Positions 27,742-37,424 of a stretch of 64,000 bases of DNA are shown here, piece after piece. A program made the translations under genes and the position numbers. How positions within the stretch are numbered: the first letter of the stretch is position 1; each line of letters begins with the position of its first letter. Location of the stretch: the NCBI GenBank assembly GCA_002423395.1, contig DIVZ01000007.1, positions 132,442-196,441 of the forward strand. Direction: 5' to 3'. The notes under the pieces were generated by a model. The model did no database searches. It was given only the letters and a program-made list of their open reading frames with translations, and was not told where the DNA came from. The stretch comes from Eubacteriaceae bacterium UBA6119 (lineage in GTDB: Bacteria > Bacillota > Clostridia > Eubacteriales > UBA1433).

Positions 27742-28932
27742 ATGAATCCTGTATACATAGCGCAAAGAATAAATCAACTGGAAAACGAATCGGCGTTTGA
27801 AGTGCTTGCTAAAGCGAAAGCATTGGAAGCGCAGGGGCACAGCGTAGTAAGACTGGAAATAGGACAGCCGGACTTTAAAACTCCGGAGAATATTATAAAT
27901 GCGGCTTACAACGCGATGAAGAGCGGTTTTACAGGATACACGCCTACGGTAGGTCTGCCGGAGGCAAGAAAAGCTATTTCTGAATATGTGACAAAATATA
28001 AAAATGTGCCGACAGAAGCCGAGAACGTAATAGTAGTACCCGGCGGCAAACCTATAATGTTTTTCGCAATGCTCGCTTTAATAAACCCGGGGGATGAAGT
28101 AATATACCCTGATCCGGGATTTCCGATATACCGCTCATGCATTAAGTTCGCGGGCGGAGTGCCTGTGCCGATGCCTATTCTTGAAGAAAATGACTTCCGC
28201 GCTGATGTGGAAGGCTTAAAGGCATTAGTTACAGATAAAACAAAAATGATAATAATTAACAATCCCGCAAATCCGACAGGCGGAATATTTACAAAGGAAG
28301 ATATAAAAAACATAGCCGAATTTCTTAAGGACAAAGATATATTTGTTCTTTCCGATGAGGTGTATGACAGGATAGTATTTGACGACGAAATAATATCGAT
28401 AGCCTCAATTCCTTATATGAAAGATAAAACTATAATACTTGACAGCTTTTCAAAAACATACGCAATGCCCGGCTGGAGAATTGGTTACGGCGTTGCGAAC
28501 AAAGACATTATAGCTCAGATAGAGCTGTTAATGGTTAATTCCAATTCCTGCGCGGCGGCGTTTTCGCAGATTGCGGCTATCGAGGCCCTTACCGGTCCGC
28601 AGGACAAAGTTGTCGAAATGGCAGCGGCGTTCAAACAGCGCGCGCTGTATATGGCGGAAGCGTTAAACGGAGTTAAAGGCATATCGGCAAGAAAGCCCAG
28701 AGGCGCGTTTTATGTATTCGCAAATATTAAAGAGACGCGTCTTACAAGCAAGCAATACGCCGAAAGACTGCTTTATGAAGGTCACGTTGCCGCCCTTGCG
28801 GGAACATCATTCGGAGGATACGGTGAAGGTTATATAAGGTTCTCATGCGCGAACTCGCTTGAGAATATAAAAGAAGCAGTAAGGCGAATTGAGAAGTTTA
28901 ACGAGAAGATATTAAAAGAAGCGAATGCATAA
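27742..28932 (+). CDS. Aspartate/aromatic-type class I aminotransferase
   Basis: 'LEIGQPDF', 'NNPANPTGG' and the PLP lysine 'SFSKTYAMPGWRIGY'. Confidence 0.85.
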   Translation: MNPVYIAQRINQLENESAFEVLAKAKALEAQGHSVVRLEIGQPDFKTPENIINAAYNAMKSGFTGYTPTVGLPEARKAISEYVTKYKNVPTEAENVIVVPGGKPIMFFAMLALINPGDEVIYPDPGFPIYRSCIKFAGGVPVPMPILEENDFRADVEGLKALVTDKTKMIIINNPANPTGGIFTKEDIKNIAEFLKDKDIFVLSDEVYDRIVFDDEIISIASIPYMKDKTIILDSFSKTYAMPGWRIGYGVANKDIIAQIELLMVNSNSCAAAFSQIAAIEALTGPQDKVVEMAAAFKQRALYMAEALNGVKGISARKPRGAFYVFANIKETRLTSKQYAERLLYEGHVAALAGTSFGGYGEGYIRFSCANSLENIKEAVRRIEKFNEKILKEANA

Positions 28933-28935
28933 GAT

Positions 28936-28959
28936 AAAGCGCCGAAGGGCGCTTTTTTT
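28936..28959 (+). terminator. Intrinsic terminator
   Basis: AAAGCGCC-GAAG-GGCGCTTT plus a T run. Confidence 0.75.
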
Positions 28960-29041
28960 ATTTTTGATAAAAAGTTATTGATATAATATTTTATAGTGTT
29001 ATTATATATTTATAATTGATATTATGTTGAGGTAAGTATTT

Positions 29042-30892
29042 ATGGAAGAAAATATATTTAAAAAACAAATTGAAGAAGACATTAAATATTTACAAAAAAA
29101 TAACAGCAAATATGATCTTAATCTAGAAAAGGATGAATATGCATTTAATTATTGGGTGTTAACAAAACTATTTAATATTGATGAGGAATGTGCATATGAT
29201 AATATCACAGAATACTCAGATAACGGCGTTGATTGTTTTGTTTATTTTGAGGAATTGAAAGAATTATATATTATTCAAAATAAATATTATAACGATTCTA
29301 CTCCAGTTAATAAAAATTATGTTATTAATGATTTTTTATACAGACCATTAAATACTCTAGCTTTAAATAATTATAAAAGATCTCCAAAGCTACAAGAAAT
29401 ATTTAATAAATGGAAAAACGACTCGGAATTTAAAATATTTTTATATTTTTATGTTACAAATAATATTATAGACATATCACTAATTAATACCTTTAATACC
29501 TTTAAATATTCGAATGATAAGATTGATTGTTATATTGAAGCAAAAATATTTTATCTAAATGATATTAAAGAGCAATATTTTGAAGACAGAAAAAAAGATA
29601 ATAAACAGTTTAAATGCAATTTTTTAAGTATAAATGATGGGACATTTCTAAATATTGATAAAGATAATTATAAATTACCAAATTTGACAGATGCAAAATA
29701 TATTTTAACACCTGTTAAATTAATTTATGATATAGTTAAAGAGGCAAATGATAAAAAATACTTATTATTTGAAGAAAATATCAGAGAATATTTAGGCAAT
29801 AAAGGTGTAAATGCAAAAATAGCCAAAACATTAGAAAGTGATAGTGATAGAGAAAATTTTTTTTATTATAACAATGGCATAACAATTATATGTGATGCAG
29901 TAAAAAAAGAGAGTCATAATCACATTAAGTATAAAAGACAATTTAAGGTAGATAATCCACAAATTGTTAATGGTTGTCAGACTGTTAATACTATATATGA
30001 AGTTTTAAGAAAATGTCGAATTGATGAGTTAGATAAATTTGAGAATACTTTTGTTATGGTTAAGCTTTTAGTTCTTAATAAAGCTGAAGATTCAAAATTA
30101 TACCATGATATTGTAAGATATAATAATAGTCAAACTGCTATAACAGAAAAAAATTTTGCAGCAAATAAAGATTCATTTATGAATATGTAGAAAGAATTTA
30201 AAACTAGAGGTTTATTATTAGCAGTTAAACAGAGCGATAATTATACTTTTAAAATAGAAGAAAAAATTAACCATGAATTATTACAAAATTATGAATACAT
30301 ATTTGGCTTAAAATTTAACACAATTAACGATATTATAATCCCATTAGAAAAACTGCTACAGGTTATATTGGCATTTTCACAAGACGGTTATCAGGCTTTC
30401 ACTAAAAAAAGTCAAATTTTAAAATTAGATACTTCAATATATAATTTTTTAATTGAATATATAAAAAATGGTCCGTTAACATTTGATGATATTATTAAAA
30501 TATATATGATGTTTTTAAAAGCAGAAAACGATAAAAAAAATAGTGAAGATAAGAGAACACCAATACCTTATTATTTATTAAATTTTATCGGAAACGAATT
30601 TAAAAATATAAATGATATTGAACTAAGGGAAAAATTAAATTATATTTTTTCTAATAAAGAAATATTTGATATTATTTATAAATTTTATAAATCAGTGACA
30701 AAAAGATATAAGATAGATTATAAATTTTTAAAAGGCATTGAATATAACCAAATGATTAAGTCAGCTATTGATATGAACATTTTATATAAAACTTTATCTA
30801 ATGAAGTTGAAATGTTAGAAAATAAATACGAAAAGAAAATTATAAATAATTTTAGAAATAATGCATATAAAGAAATAGAACAATTTATTTAG
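29042..30892 (+). pseudogene. AIPR (abortive infection phage resistance) family gene: one 616-codon frame interrupted by one in-frame TAG at 30188-30190
   Basis: The track ORFs 29042..30190 and 30368..30892 are in the same frame. I translated 30191-30367 by hand and found no further stop. N-terminal 'FNYWVL...DNGVDCFVYF...LYIIQNKY' and the core 'FFYYNNGITIICD...IVNGCQT' match the AIPR family. Extremely AT-rich. Confidence 0.7.
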
Positions 30893-30900
30893 ATATTATA

Positions 30901-30929
30901 AAGCAGTCTGGTAAATAGACTGCTTTTTT
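30901..30929 (+). terminator. Intrinsic terminator
   Basis: AAGCAGTCT-GGTAAAT-AGACTGCTT followed by TTTT. Confidence 0.7.
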
Positions 30930-30996
30930 ATTTAAATTTTCGTAATTATATTTCAAGAAGTATATCGTATAACATATCTAATAATTTTGTATTCAA

Positions 30997-31140
30997 TTAA
31001 TGTATGCGGTGATAGGCTGTTCCTGCTTTTAGCGTACAGCCTTTATATTTAGCAAGCTCGCTTACGGTTACAAGCTGGCAGCCCTTGGCTTTGAGCTTCG
31101 CTTCCGCGGCGCGGTATGTGGGCAGGTATATGTTGTGCAT
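30997..31140 (-). pseudogene. Remnant of a polysaccharide deacetylase C-terminus (47 codons)
   Basis: Hand translation MHNIYLPTYRAAEAKLKAKGCQLVTVSELAKYKGCTLKAGTAYHRIH*. '...G(C/Y)x(L/F)VTVSEL...' is the usual C-terminal end of NodB-type deacetylases. A stop lies immediately upstream in frame. It is a GC-rich patch in an AT-rich spacer. Confidence 0.35.
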
Positions 31141-31254
31141 TTAAATAATATCACCGTCTTTTACATTGAAAGTTTGTCATACTTTAGCATCAATATAATA
31201 TTTACAAAATAATATTTACAAAGAAAATAAATAATTCTATTTTATTATTTTAAT

Positions 31255-32175
31255 TTAACCCATCGCCAAAAGAAGACCTATTACGGGCAGGGCGAAAAGC
31301 ATAAACAAAGTTGAGACGGTAACAATAACAGCGCCTTCTTTTTCATCCAAATTGCATTCTTTAGCAAAAGCAGGCAGCAGCGCCGCTACAGGCATCGCAA
31401 ACATTATGACACCGGGAGCTATGTAATAAAAATTATCCGTAAACAATCTTAGTATAAAATACATTGCGGCAGGGAACAGCAGAACTCGGTAGATTGAAAC
31501 CAAAATCACGTTTATGTTTTTAAATACGCTTATGTGCACTTCGCACAGACATAGTCCTACAAACAGCATTGACAATGGAAGAGTCATGCCGCCTACAATA
31601 GATACGGTTCTAAGTATAGGATATGGAAGCGTTATTTTAAACAAATATAATATGAGTGATATAAAAAATACTATAGTAATTATCGGAAGCATTTCTTTTA
31701 GCGTGGGACGGGTTTTTTGACCGCGAAGCAGATAAAAACCGACCGGAAAAAAAGTTAAGTAATATGTTATATTAAAAATTATCGCATAAATAACAGAGGC
31801 TTTGCCCAGAACCATTGCAAGGATAGGGAAACCTAAAAAGCCGACATTTGTGTATAGCATGCTGAATGAATACAGCCCTTTTTTCTTATTGTCCAGTTTT
31901 AATAGTTTTGGCAGATACCAGGCAAGTATAAATCCTATAATATAAGTGCATAAAGAAATTGATATTGTAATTAGAAAATCTTTTGAAGAAAGCCTGTCAG
32001 TTGTAGACATTACAGCGTCGATAAGCATGCAAGGAAGAGCGATGTTTATAAGCATTTTTGAAAGCACTTCTTTATGCTCGCTTTTTATTACTCCTCTTTT
32101 GCCTGCCGCGAATCCTATTGCGGCTATTAAAAACAATATTATAACCTGATTAATTACTACCGAAAAATCTATCAT
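31255..32175 (-). CDS. AEC (auxin efflux carrier) family transporter
   Basis: 306 aa, 10 TM. 'QVIILFLIAAIGF...G' N-terminus and 'INIALPCM' motif. Confidence 0.8.
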   Translation of the reverse strand: MIDFSVVINQVIILFLIAAIGFAAGKRGVIKSEHKEVLSKMLINIALPCMLIDAVMSTTDRLSSKDFLITISISLCTYIIGFILAWYLPKLLKLDNKKKGLYSFSMLYTNVGFLGFPILAMVLGKASVIYAIIFNITYYLTFFPVGFYLLRGQKTRPTLKEMLPIITIVFFISLILYLFKITLPYPILRTVSIVGGMTLPLSMLFVGLCLCEVHISVFKNINVILVSIYRVLLFPAAMYFILRLFTDNFYYIAPGVIMFAMPVAALLPAFAKECNLDEKEGAVIVTVSTLFMLFALPVIGLLLAMG

Positions 32176-32459
32176 TTTATCAATCCTTAAAACAATTTAT
32201 TTATTATTGTATATGATAGACGCGCAAAATCCAATAATTATATTAGTCTAAAACATATTTATCTGTAAGATATATAAAATTTGACTAATCAGATAAAAAC
32301 AGTCCGATTGTTGCTACATATAATATAAGTATAGGTTTTGACAAGCCGTTATGTATTACGAATAACAATTAAACCCGAATTCAGTATTAAAACCGGTAAG
32401 CTATGCGGCACAGAAAACGGTTATAAAAATTATTATAAAGGACATCTCAGAGAATACAA

Positions 32460-32759
32460 ATGCAAATTACTCATAAAAAAGCGAAGGAAATGATTGATAG
32501 CTTTGATGTTGTTATTATTGACGTAAGAACAGAAGAGGAATTTGATAAAGGGCATATAAAAAACGCTGTATTGATACCGCACTATGAACTGCATGAAATA
32601 GTTAATGAAATAGTTTCTGATAAAAACAAAACAATACTCATCTATTGCAAAAACGGTATAAGAAGCAGCGCGGCTGAAAAGCTGTTAATGTATATTGGAT
32701 ATAAAAACGTGTATGACTTCGGCGGCATAAATGACTGGCCGTACGGAATAGATAAATGA
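32460..32759 (+). CDS. Single-domain rhodanese-like sulfurtransferase
   Basis: 'VVIIDVRTEEEFDKGHIKNAVLIP' and active-site loop 'IYCKNGIRS'. Confidence 0.8.
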   Translation: MQITHKKAKEMIDSFDVVIIDVRTEEEFDKGHIKNAVLIPHYELHEIVNEIVSDKNKTILIYCKNGIRSSAAEKLLMYIGYKNVYDFGGINDWPYGIDK

Positions 32760-33002
32760 TATAAATTGCAATAAATATGGAAAAGCCATAATTAGCAGTA
32801 TGCCAATATGGCTTTTAATGTTATAATCGTATTATAATTTGGTAAACCTATTAATAGTTAGATGTATGCATATTTAAAATTTTATCGGCATCTTGTTTAC
32901 AAGGGGCAATAGATTTTGTATGTTACATTTAATTCTCTTAATAAATACATTTAATTGTCTTATATAATTATAAAAAATTATCAGGTTAATTTAAGGAGAA
33001 CA

Positions 33003-33557
33003 ATGAATAAAAATGATTTAGTTTGGTATGTCAGCTACGGTTCGAATATGCTGTACGAAAGATTTATGTGCTATATAAACGGCGGCAAATTTGACGATAA
33101 GGGTAAAAATCATAAGCCATGCAAGGATACAACGCCTCCGCAGGCAAAAATGAATTATATATTACCTTATAATATGTATTACGCTAACAAGTCAAAAGCA
33201 TGGGATAATAAAGGAGTTTCGTTTCTGGATACTTCGATTGATAACGGCATGGCATACGGAGTCGCATATCTAATAACGAAAAAACAGTTTGACCATATTT
33301 TTGAGGAAGAAAACGGCGGAGTGAAGCCAAGTCCTACTTCAACTTGGTATAATAAAAGACATGAAATAGCAACTTTTGAAAATATTCCGGTAATGACAAT
33401 AACAAACAGAAGCGTTATTAAGAAAAACAGTCCGAGTGAAAAATATCTAGATGTTTTATATAAAGGCCTAAAAGAAAACTATTCATCATTAAGCGAGGAA
33501 GAGATAGCAGAATATCTAAATACCAGAAATGATACAGCATATGAGGAAGATTTATAA
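33003..33557 (+). CDS. Hypothetical protein, possibly gamma-glutamylcyclotransferase/AIG2-like fold
   Basis: The N-terminal 'VWYVSYGSNM' resembles the YGSN motif of GGCT-like enzymes. ATG 33003 has the SD AGGAG 5 nt upstream. The track start at 32955 is unlikely. Confidence 0.4.
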   Translation: MNKNDLVWYVSYGSNMLYERFMCYINGGKFDDKGKNHKPCKDTTPPQAKMNYILPYNMYYANKSKAWDNKGVSFLDTSIDNGMAYGVAYLITKKQFDHIFEEENGGVKPSPTSTWYNKRHEIATFENIPVMTITNRSVIKKNSPSEKYLDVLYKGLKENYSSLSEEEIAEYLNTRNDTAYEEDL

Positions 33558-33575
33558 ATTGTAGAGGTAATAAAA

Positions 33576-33815
33576 AAAAGCAGACGGAATTTACGGAGCT
33601 TACATTAAAATGCCGTTTGATGCAAAAGAAGAATTTAAAAAAGGCATAGTGCCTGTATACGCTACATTTGACGGAGAAGCATATTAAGGAAACATAGAAA
33701 AATGGGAACTCCGTGCCATATTATAGGCATCGGAAAAGATATAAGGGCAAAAATTAATAAACAGCCTAAAGACAGCGTAACAGTTACAATAAAAGAACGT
33801 CAAAAGGATATATAA
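33576..33815 (+). pseudogene. Decayed DUF1905-family gene
   Basis: '[35 protein letters not shown]' then TAA. The rest, '[38 protein letters not shown]', continues in another frame after an A-run, so there is a nonsense plus a frameshift. The N-terminus is also missing. Confidence 0.5.
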
Positions 33816-33945
33816 TTATTGGTATTTAAACTCGCGGTTTGGATAAAATAATAAAAATTCAAACCGGGAGGAGCTGAGGATTATTTTTACAAAATATTTA
33901 TTTCCGCCTACTGTTAAAAGAGTCTCGTACAACACAGACCCTGAT

Positions 33946-34341
33946 GTGAACACAGAGATAAGAAATCAAACATTAGAGACTATCAATAAATATAAAGACT
34001 GCACATGCAACGCTTTATCAGACAAGATAGAAAGCTTGAATTCGGAATGGGATGTTGAAAGAATGATTGAAGCTAAAGCGGCTTTAATGATTATAATGAC
34101 GACATATCTGGGGATGAAACACTGTAAAGCATGGTTTTTTTTATCGAGCGTAATTGCAATGTTTTTGCTTTCGCACTCGCTTCAGGGCTGGTGTCCGCCT
34201 GTGCCGCTTATAAGAAAATTAGGAGCAAGGACATCTGAAGAAATTTATAATGAAAAAATCGCGCTTAAAGTTTTAAGGGGAGACTTTGATAATAATAAAA
34301 ACGAGGCGGAAGAAATTTTAAATGCTGCGGAGAAGCAGTAA
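33946..34341 (+). CDS. DUF2892 (YgaP-like) membrane protein
   Basis: Two TM helices ending in 'SLQGWCPPVPLIRKLG', the DUF2892 signature. The start is uncertain (GTG 33946). Confidence 0.55.
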   Translation: MNTEIRNQTLETINKYKDCTCNALSDKIESLNSEWDVERMIEAKAALMIIMTTYLGMKHCKAWFFLSSVIAMFLLSHSLQGWCPPVPLIRKLGARTSEEIYNEKIALKVLRGDFDNNKNEAEEILNAAEKQ

Positions 34342-34455
34342 AATAAATGAAAGTTGCCGTTGATTAAACGGCAATTTATTTTACAAATAAAAGCTGTTAT
34401 TAAAACAATGATTAAATATCATTGTTTTTTGTTGCATATAAAAATATATATTATA

Positions 34456-34501
34456 TTGACAATTATCTATATGCTGCATATAATAACATATAGATAATTG
34501 T
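34456..34501 (+). promoter_or_regulatory. Consensus promoter bracketed by a perfect 14-bp inverted repeat (probable ArsR operator)
   Basis: TTGACA (34456-61), 17 nt, TATAAT (34479-84). ACAATTATCTATAT (34459-72) / ATATAGATAATTGT (34488-501). An extra half-site-like palindrome TCTATG-T-CATAGA lies at 34501-13. Confidence 0.6.
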
Positions 34502-34539
34502 CTATGTCATAGATAAGGTTAAATGTGAGGTATTAAAGT

Positions 34540-34848
34540 ATGGATTATAAGCAATACGCAAATATATTTAAAGCATTATCGGACGAAACGCGTCTTAAAA
34601 TAATTGAGATGCTAATAAAAAGCGGAGAACTATGCGCTTGCGAGTTGCTTGAAAATTTTAAAATAACACAGCCTACGCTTTCATATCATATAAAAATGCT
34701 CAGCGATTGCGGAGTAGTTAAGGCAAGACGTGACGGTGCGTGGATGCGGTATACTTTAAATATTGAAACAATAAAGAGTTTAAGTGCTTATTTTAATGCT
34801 ATTGACATAGAAGAAAACATATCAAAAAACAATAAATGTGACTGTTAA
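34540..34848 (+). CDS. arsR: ArsR/SmtB-family metalloregulator
   Basis: 'FKALSDETRLKIIEML...GELCACELLE...TQPTLSYHIKML' with the ArsR-type CxC in helix 3. The C-terminus ends 'NNKCDC'. Confidence 0.85.
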   Translation: MDYKQYANIFKALSDETRLKIIEMLIKSGELCACELLENFKITQPTLSYHIKMLSDCGVVKARRDGAWMRYTLNIETIKSLSAYFNAIDIEENISKNNKCDC

Positions 34849-34866
34849 GAAAGGAGACATAAATAT

Positions 34867-35871
34867 ATGATTATATTTCAATGGTTAAACGATCAGCTGC
34901 TGAAAATGCAGTGGTTGTCTGATTTAATTAAATCATTAGTTGAAAATGTTTTTAAACTAGATATTAACGGAAGGCTCGGAGGAAGCATACATTTTTTTAT
35001 TTATGATGTAATAAAAATATTTATACTATTGTCCGTGCTTATATTTTGCATATCGTATGTGCAAAGTTATTTCCCGCCTGAGCGAACAAAAAAGATACTC
35101 GGCAGGGTTAAGGGAGTAAGGGCAAATATATTTGGAGCACTGCTAGGCACAGTTACACCGTTTTGCTCGTGTTCTTCCATCCCATTATTTATAGGTTTTA
35201 CAAATGCGGGATTGCCAATAGGAGTAACATTTTCGTTCCTGATATCATCTCCGCTTGTAGATTTGGCTTCGGTGCTGCTGCTTGCAAGCATATTTAATTG
35301 GAAAATTGCTATTGCTTATGTAATCGTAGGGCTTATTCTGGCGGTGGCTGGTGGTACAGTTATAGGCAAATCTAAGCTGGAGAGTTATGTAGAACCTTTT
35401 GTATACAATAATAAAATAGCAGATCTTGAACAGGAAGAGCTTACAAGAAAAGACAGAGCAAATTTTGCTAAAGAACAGGTGTTACAGATTATTAAGAAAG
35501 TTTGGCTGTATATATTAATAGGAGTAGGGATAGGAGCGGCGATACACAACTGGATTCCGCAGGATATAATATCCGCAGTACTGGGTCAGGACAAATGGTA
35601 TTCAGTCTTAATCGCGACAACAGTAGGAGTGCCTATGTATGCAGATATATTCGGAACGCTGCCTATTGCCGAAGCGCTTGTGTTAAAAGGAGTAGGGCTC
35701 GGAACTGCGCTTTCGTTTATGATGGCTGTAACTGCGCTTTCTCTACCTTCTATGATTATGTTAAAAAGAGTTGTAAAAGCAAAATTATTAGGTATATTTA
35801 TCGGGATTGTAACGGTAGGAATACTGATTATTGGATATGTATTCAACGCTTTTGGTCATTTATTAATGTAA
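34867..35871 (+). CDS. PF03773-type permease, ArsP-like (vicinal-cysteine motif)
   Basis: 334 aa, 8-10 TM, internal two-fold repeat. 'GTVTPFCSCSSIPLF' carries the TPFCSC motif I associate with ArsP organoarsenical permeases. Confidence 0.7.
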   Translation: MIIFQWLNDQLLKMQWLSDLIKSLVENVFKLDINGRLGGSIHFFIYDVIKIFILLSVLIFCISYVQSYFPPERTKKILGRVKGVRANIFGALLGTVTPFCSCSSIPLFIGFTNAGLPIGVTFSFLISSPLVDLASVLLLASIFNWKIAIAYVIVGLILAVAGGTVIGKSKLESYVEPFVYNNKIADLEQEELTRKDRANFAKEQVLQIIKKVWLYILIGVGIGAAIHNWIPQDIISAVLGQDKWYSVLIATTVGVPMYADIFGTLPIAEALVLKGVGLGTALSFMMAVTALSLPSMIMLKRVVKAKLLGIFIGIVTVGILIIGYVFNAFGHLLM

Positions 35872-35925
35872 AGGCCTATATAATTTTATTACAAAATAAA
35901 AATTAATGAATAATGAGGTGAAAAA

Positions 35926-36180
35926 ATGTCAAAGAAATGGTATCCGGTTATTGATTATGATAAATGCATAGAATGCGGTTCATGTGTTGATATGTGTCCA
36001 AACAACGTATATGACAAAGCTAAATCTCCATCTCCTGTTGTGATTAACCCTGATGCATGTGCTGAAGGTGGCAAAGGCTGCGGAAGTAAATGCCCGGTCG
36101 GCGCTATCGAATATGCGGGAGATACAGGGGACAATAAATCCAAAGGATGTAATTGCGGCTGTTCCTGCGGGGGATGTTAA
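35926..36180 (+). CDS. Small 4Fe-4S ferredoxin-domain protein with Cys-rich tail
   Basis: 'CIECGSCVDMCP' plus the degenerate second motif 'CAEGGKGCGSKCP'. The C-terminus is 'GCNCGCSCGGC'. Confidence 0.7.
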   Translation: MSKKWYPVIDYDKCIECGSCVDMCPNNVYDKAKSPSPVVINPDACAEGGKGCGSKCPVGAIEYAGDTGDNKSKGCNCGCSCGGC

Positions 36181-36190
36181 GAAAAATTTT

Positions 36191-36709
36191 ATGAGTAAAA
36201 AAATTTTTATTAAGATCATAGTTCCGATCTTTATAATACTTATTGTTCTAGTTATATGGATTATAAAGAATTCACAAGATAATACCAGTGATAATGCTGA
36301 AGATAATCTCGATTTTGCGCTTCATGTTACAGATAAATTGGATTTAGAGAAGCTAAAATCATATGGATTGCCTATAGTTATTGACTTTGGAGCGGACTCG
36401 TGCATACCGTGTAAAGAAATGGCTCCCGTACTTAGTGAATTAAATGAAGAACTTCAAGGAAAGGCAATAATTAAATTTGTTGATGTTTGGGAATATCAGG
36501 AATTAGCAAAAGATTATCCAATTAGTGTTATTCCTACTCAGATATTCATTGATTCGAATGGAAAGCCGTTTAACCCGGAAAACCCGGAAAGATATCAATT
36601 GAATCAATATGTATATAAAGACAGCGGTGAACTTGCATTTACTGTGCACGAAGGCGGACTGACTAAATCGGATTTATTAAAAATACTTAAAGATATGGGA
36701 ATAGATTAA
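36191..36709 (+). CDS. Membrane-anchored thioredoxin-fold protein (TlpA/ResA-like)
   Basis: Start 'MSKKIFIKIIVPIFIILIVLVIWII' (signal anchor) and active site 'FGADSCIPCKEMAP'. The track start at 36053 would overlap the ferredoxin gene and is rejected. Confidence 0.75.
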   Translation: MSKKIFIKIIVPIFIILIVLVIWIIKNSQDNTSDNAEDNLDFALHVTDKLDLEKLKSYGLPIVIDFGADSCIPCKEMAPVLSELNEELQGKAIIKFVDVWEYQELAKDYPISVIPTQIFIDSNGKPFNPENPERYQLNQYVYKDSGELAFTVHEGGLTKSDLLKILKDMGID

Positions 36710-37410
36710 TGCAGGCGCAAATTAATCACTTATTAGAGCAATTATCAATATTAATAACGTCAAATTATTGGCTTGCCCCTATGCTTGCTTTATTAGCCGG
36801 AATATTAACATCCATAACTCCATGCGCGCTTTCCAGCGTACCGCTTGTAATCGGTTATGTGGGCAGTACAGGGAGAAACAACACAAAAAAATCTTTTAAA
36901 CTGTCCATTATATTTGCTTTAGGAAGGTCATTAACATTTACGTCTCTTGGCGTTGCAGCATCGCTGCTCGGTATGATAATGGGCACATCAAGCAAGTGGT
37001 GGTATATAGTTTTAGGAGTATTAATGGTTATGATGGCGTTGCAAACATGGGAGATATATAACTTTATTCCATCCAGCTATTTAATGAGCAAAACAACAAA
37101 AAAAGGTTACATAGGTGCATTTATCGCAGGTATCTTGGGAGGTATATTTTCCTCGCCATGCGCAACTCCTGTTCTGATTGTATTGCTTGGCATAGTAGCA
37201 AGAAATGGAAATATTGTATGGGGAAGCTTACTCTTGCTGCTTTATTCAATAGGTCACAGCATTTTAGTATTGGCTGCGGGAACCTCAATGGGGTTTGTAA
37301 AAAATATAGTATCCGGCGGAAAATACGGAATATTCAGCAAGGTATTAAAATATAGCTTAGGCGGAATAATTTTGCTAATTGCATTTTATATGTTTTATTT
37401 AGGATTTTAA
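36709..37410 (+). CDS. ccdA: CcdA/DsbD-type transmembrane thiol-disulfide electron transporter
   Basis: Two conserved membrane Cys motifs 'SITPCALSSVP' and 'FSSPCATPVL'. The start overlaps the upstream stop (TAATG). Confidence 0.85.
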   Translation: MQAQINHLLEQLSILITSNYWLAPMLALLAGILTSITPCALSSVPLVIGYVGSTGRNNTKKSFKLSIIFALGRSLTFTSLGVAASLLGMIMGTSSKWWYIVLGVLMVMMALQTWEIYNFIPSSYLMSKTTKKGYIGAFIAGILGGIFSSPCATPVLIVLLGIVARNGNIVWGSLLLLLYSIGHSILVLAAGTSMGFVKNIVSGGKYGIFSKVLKYSLGGIILLIAFYMFYLGF

Positions 37411-37424
37411 AGGAGAGTTAAAAA

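Noticed and set aside
30188-30190. Possibility that the in-frame TAG in the AIPR gene (and the TAA in the MerR gene) reflects an alternative genetic code or pyrrolysine decoding
   Set aside because: Clearly genuine genes in the window terminate with TAG (for example 115..678 and 19907..20281) as well as TAA and TGA. The two interrupted genes use different stop codons. No pyl genes are visible. A nonsense mutation or sequence error is the simpler reading.
29042-31254. Calling the AIPR region a mobile element
   Set aside because: No integrase, transposase, inverted or direct terminal repeats, or tRNA target was seen. Only the compositional contrast and a neighbouring gene remnant were found, so it is reported as an islet rather than annotated as a mobile element.
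35502-35906. 134-aa ORF, and other alternative-frame or antisense ORFs inside the ArsP-like permease (35067..35291, 35586..35846)
   Set aside because: They lie entirely within a well-supported membrane-protein CDS and have Arg/Cys/Ser-rich frame-shadow composition and no SD.
36053-36190. Long N-terminal extension of the TlpA-like thioredoxin ORF (track start 36053)
   Set aside because: It overlaps the ferredoxin-like gene in another frame. The ATG at 36191 begins a typical signal-anchor (MSKKIFIKIIVPIF...).
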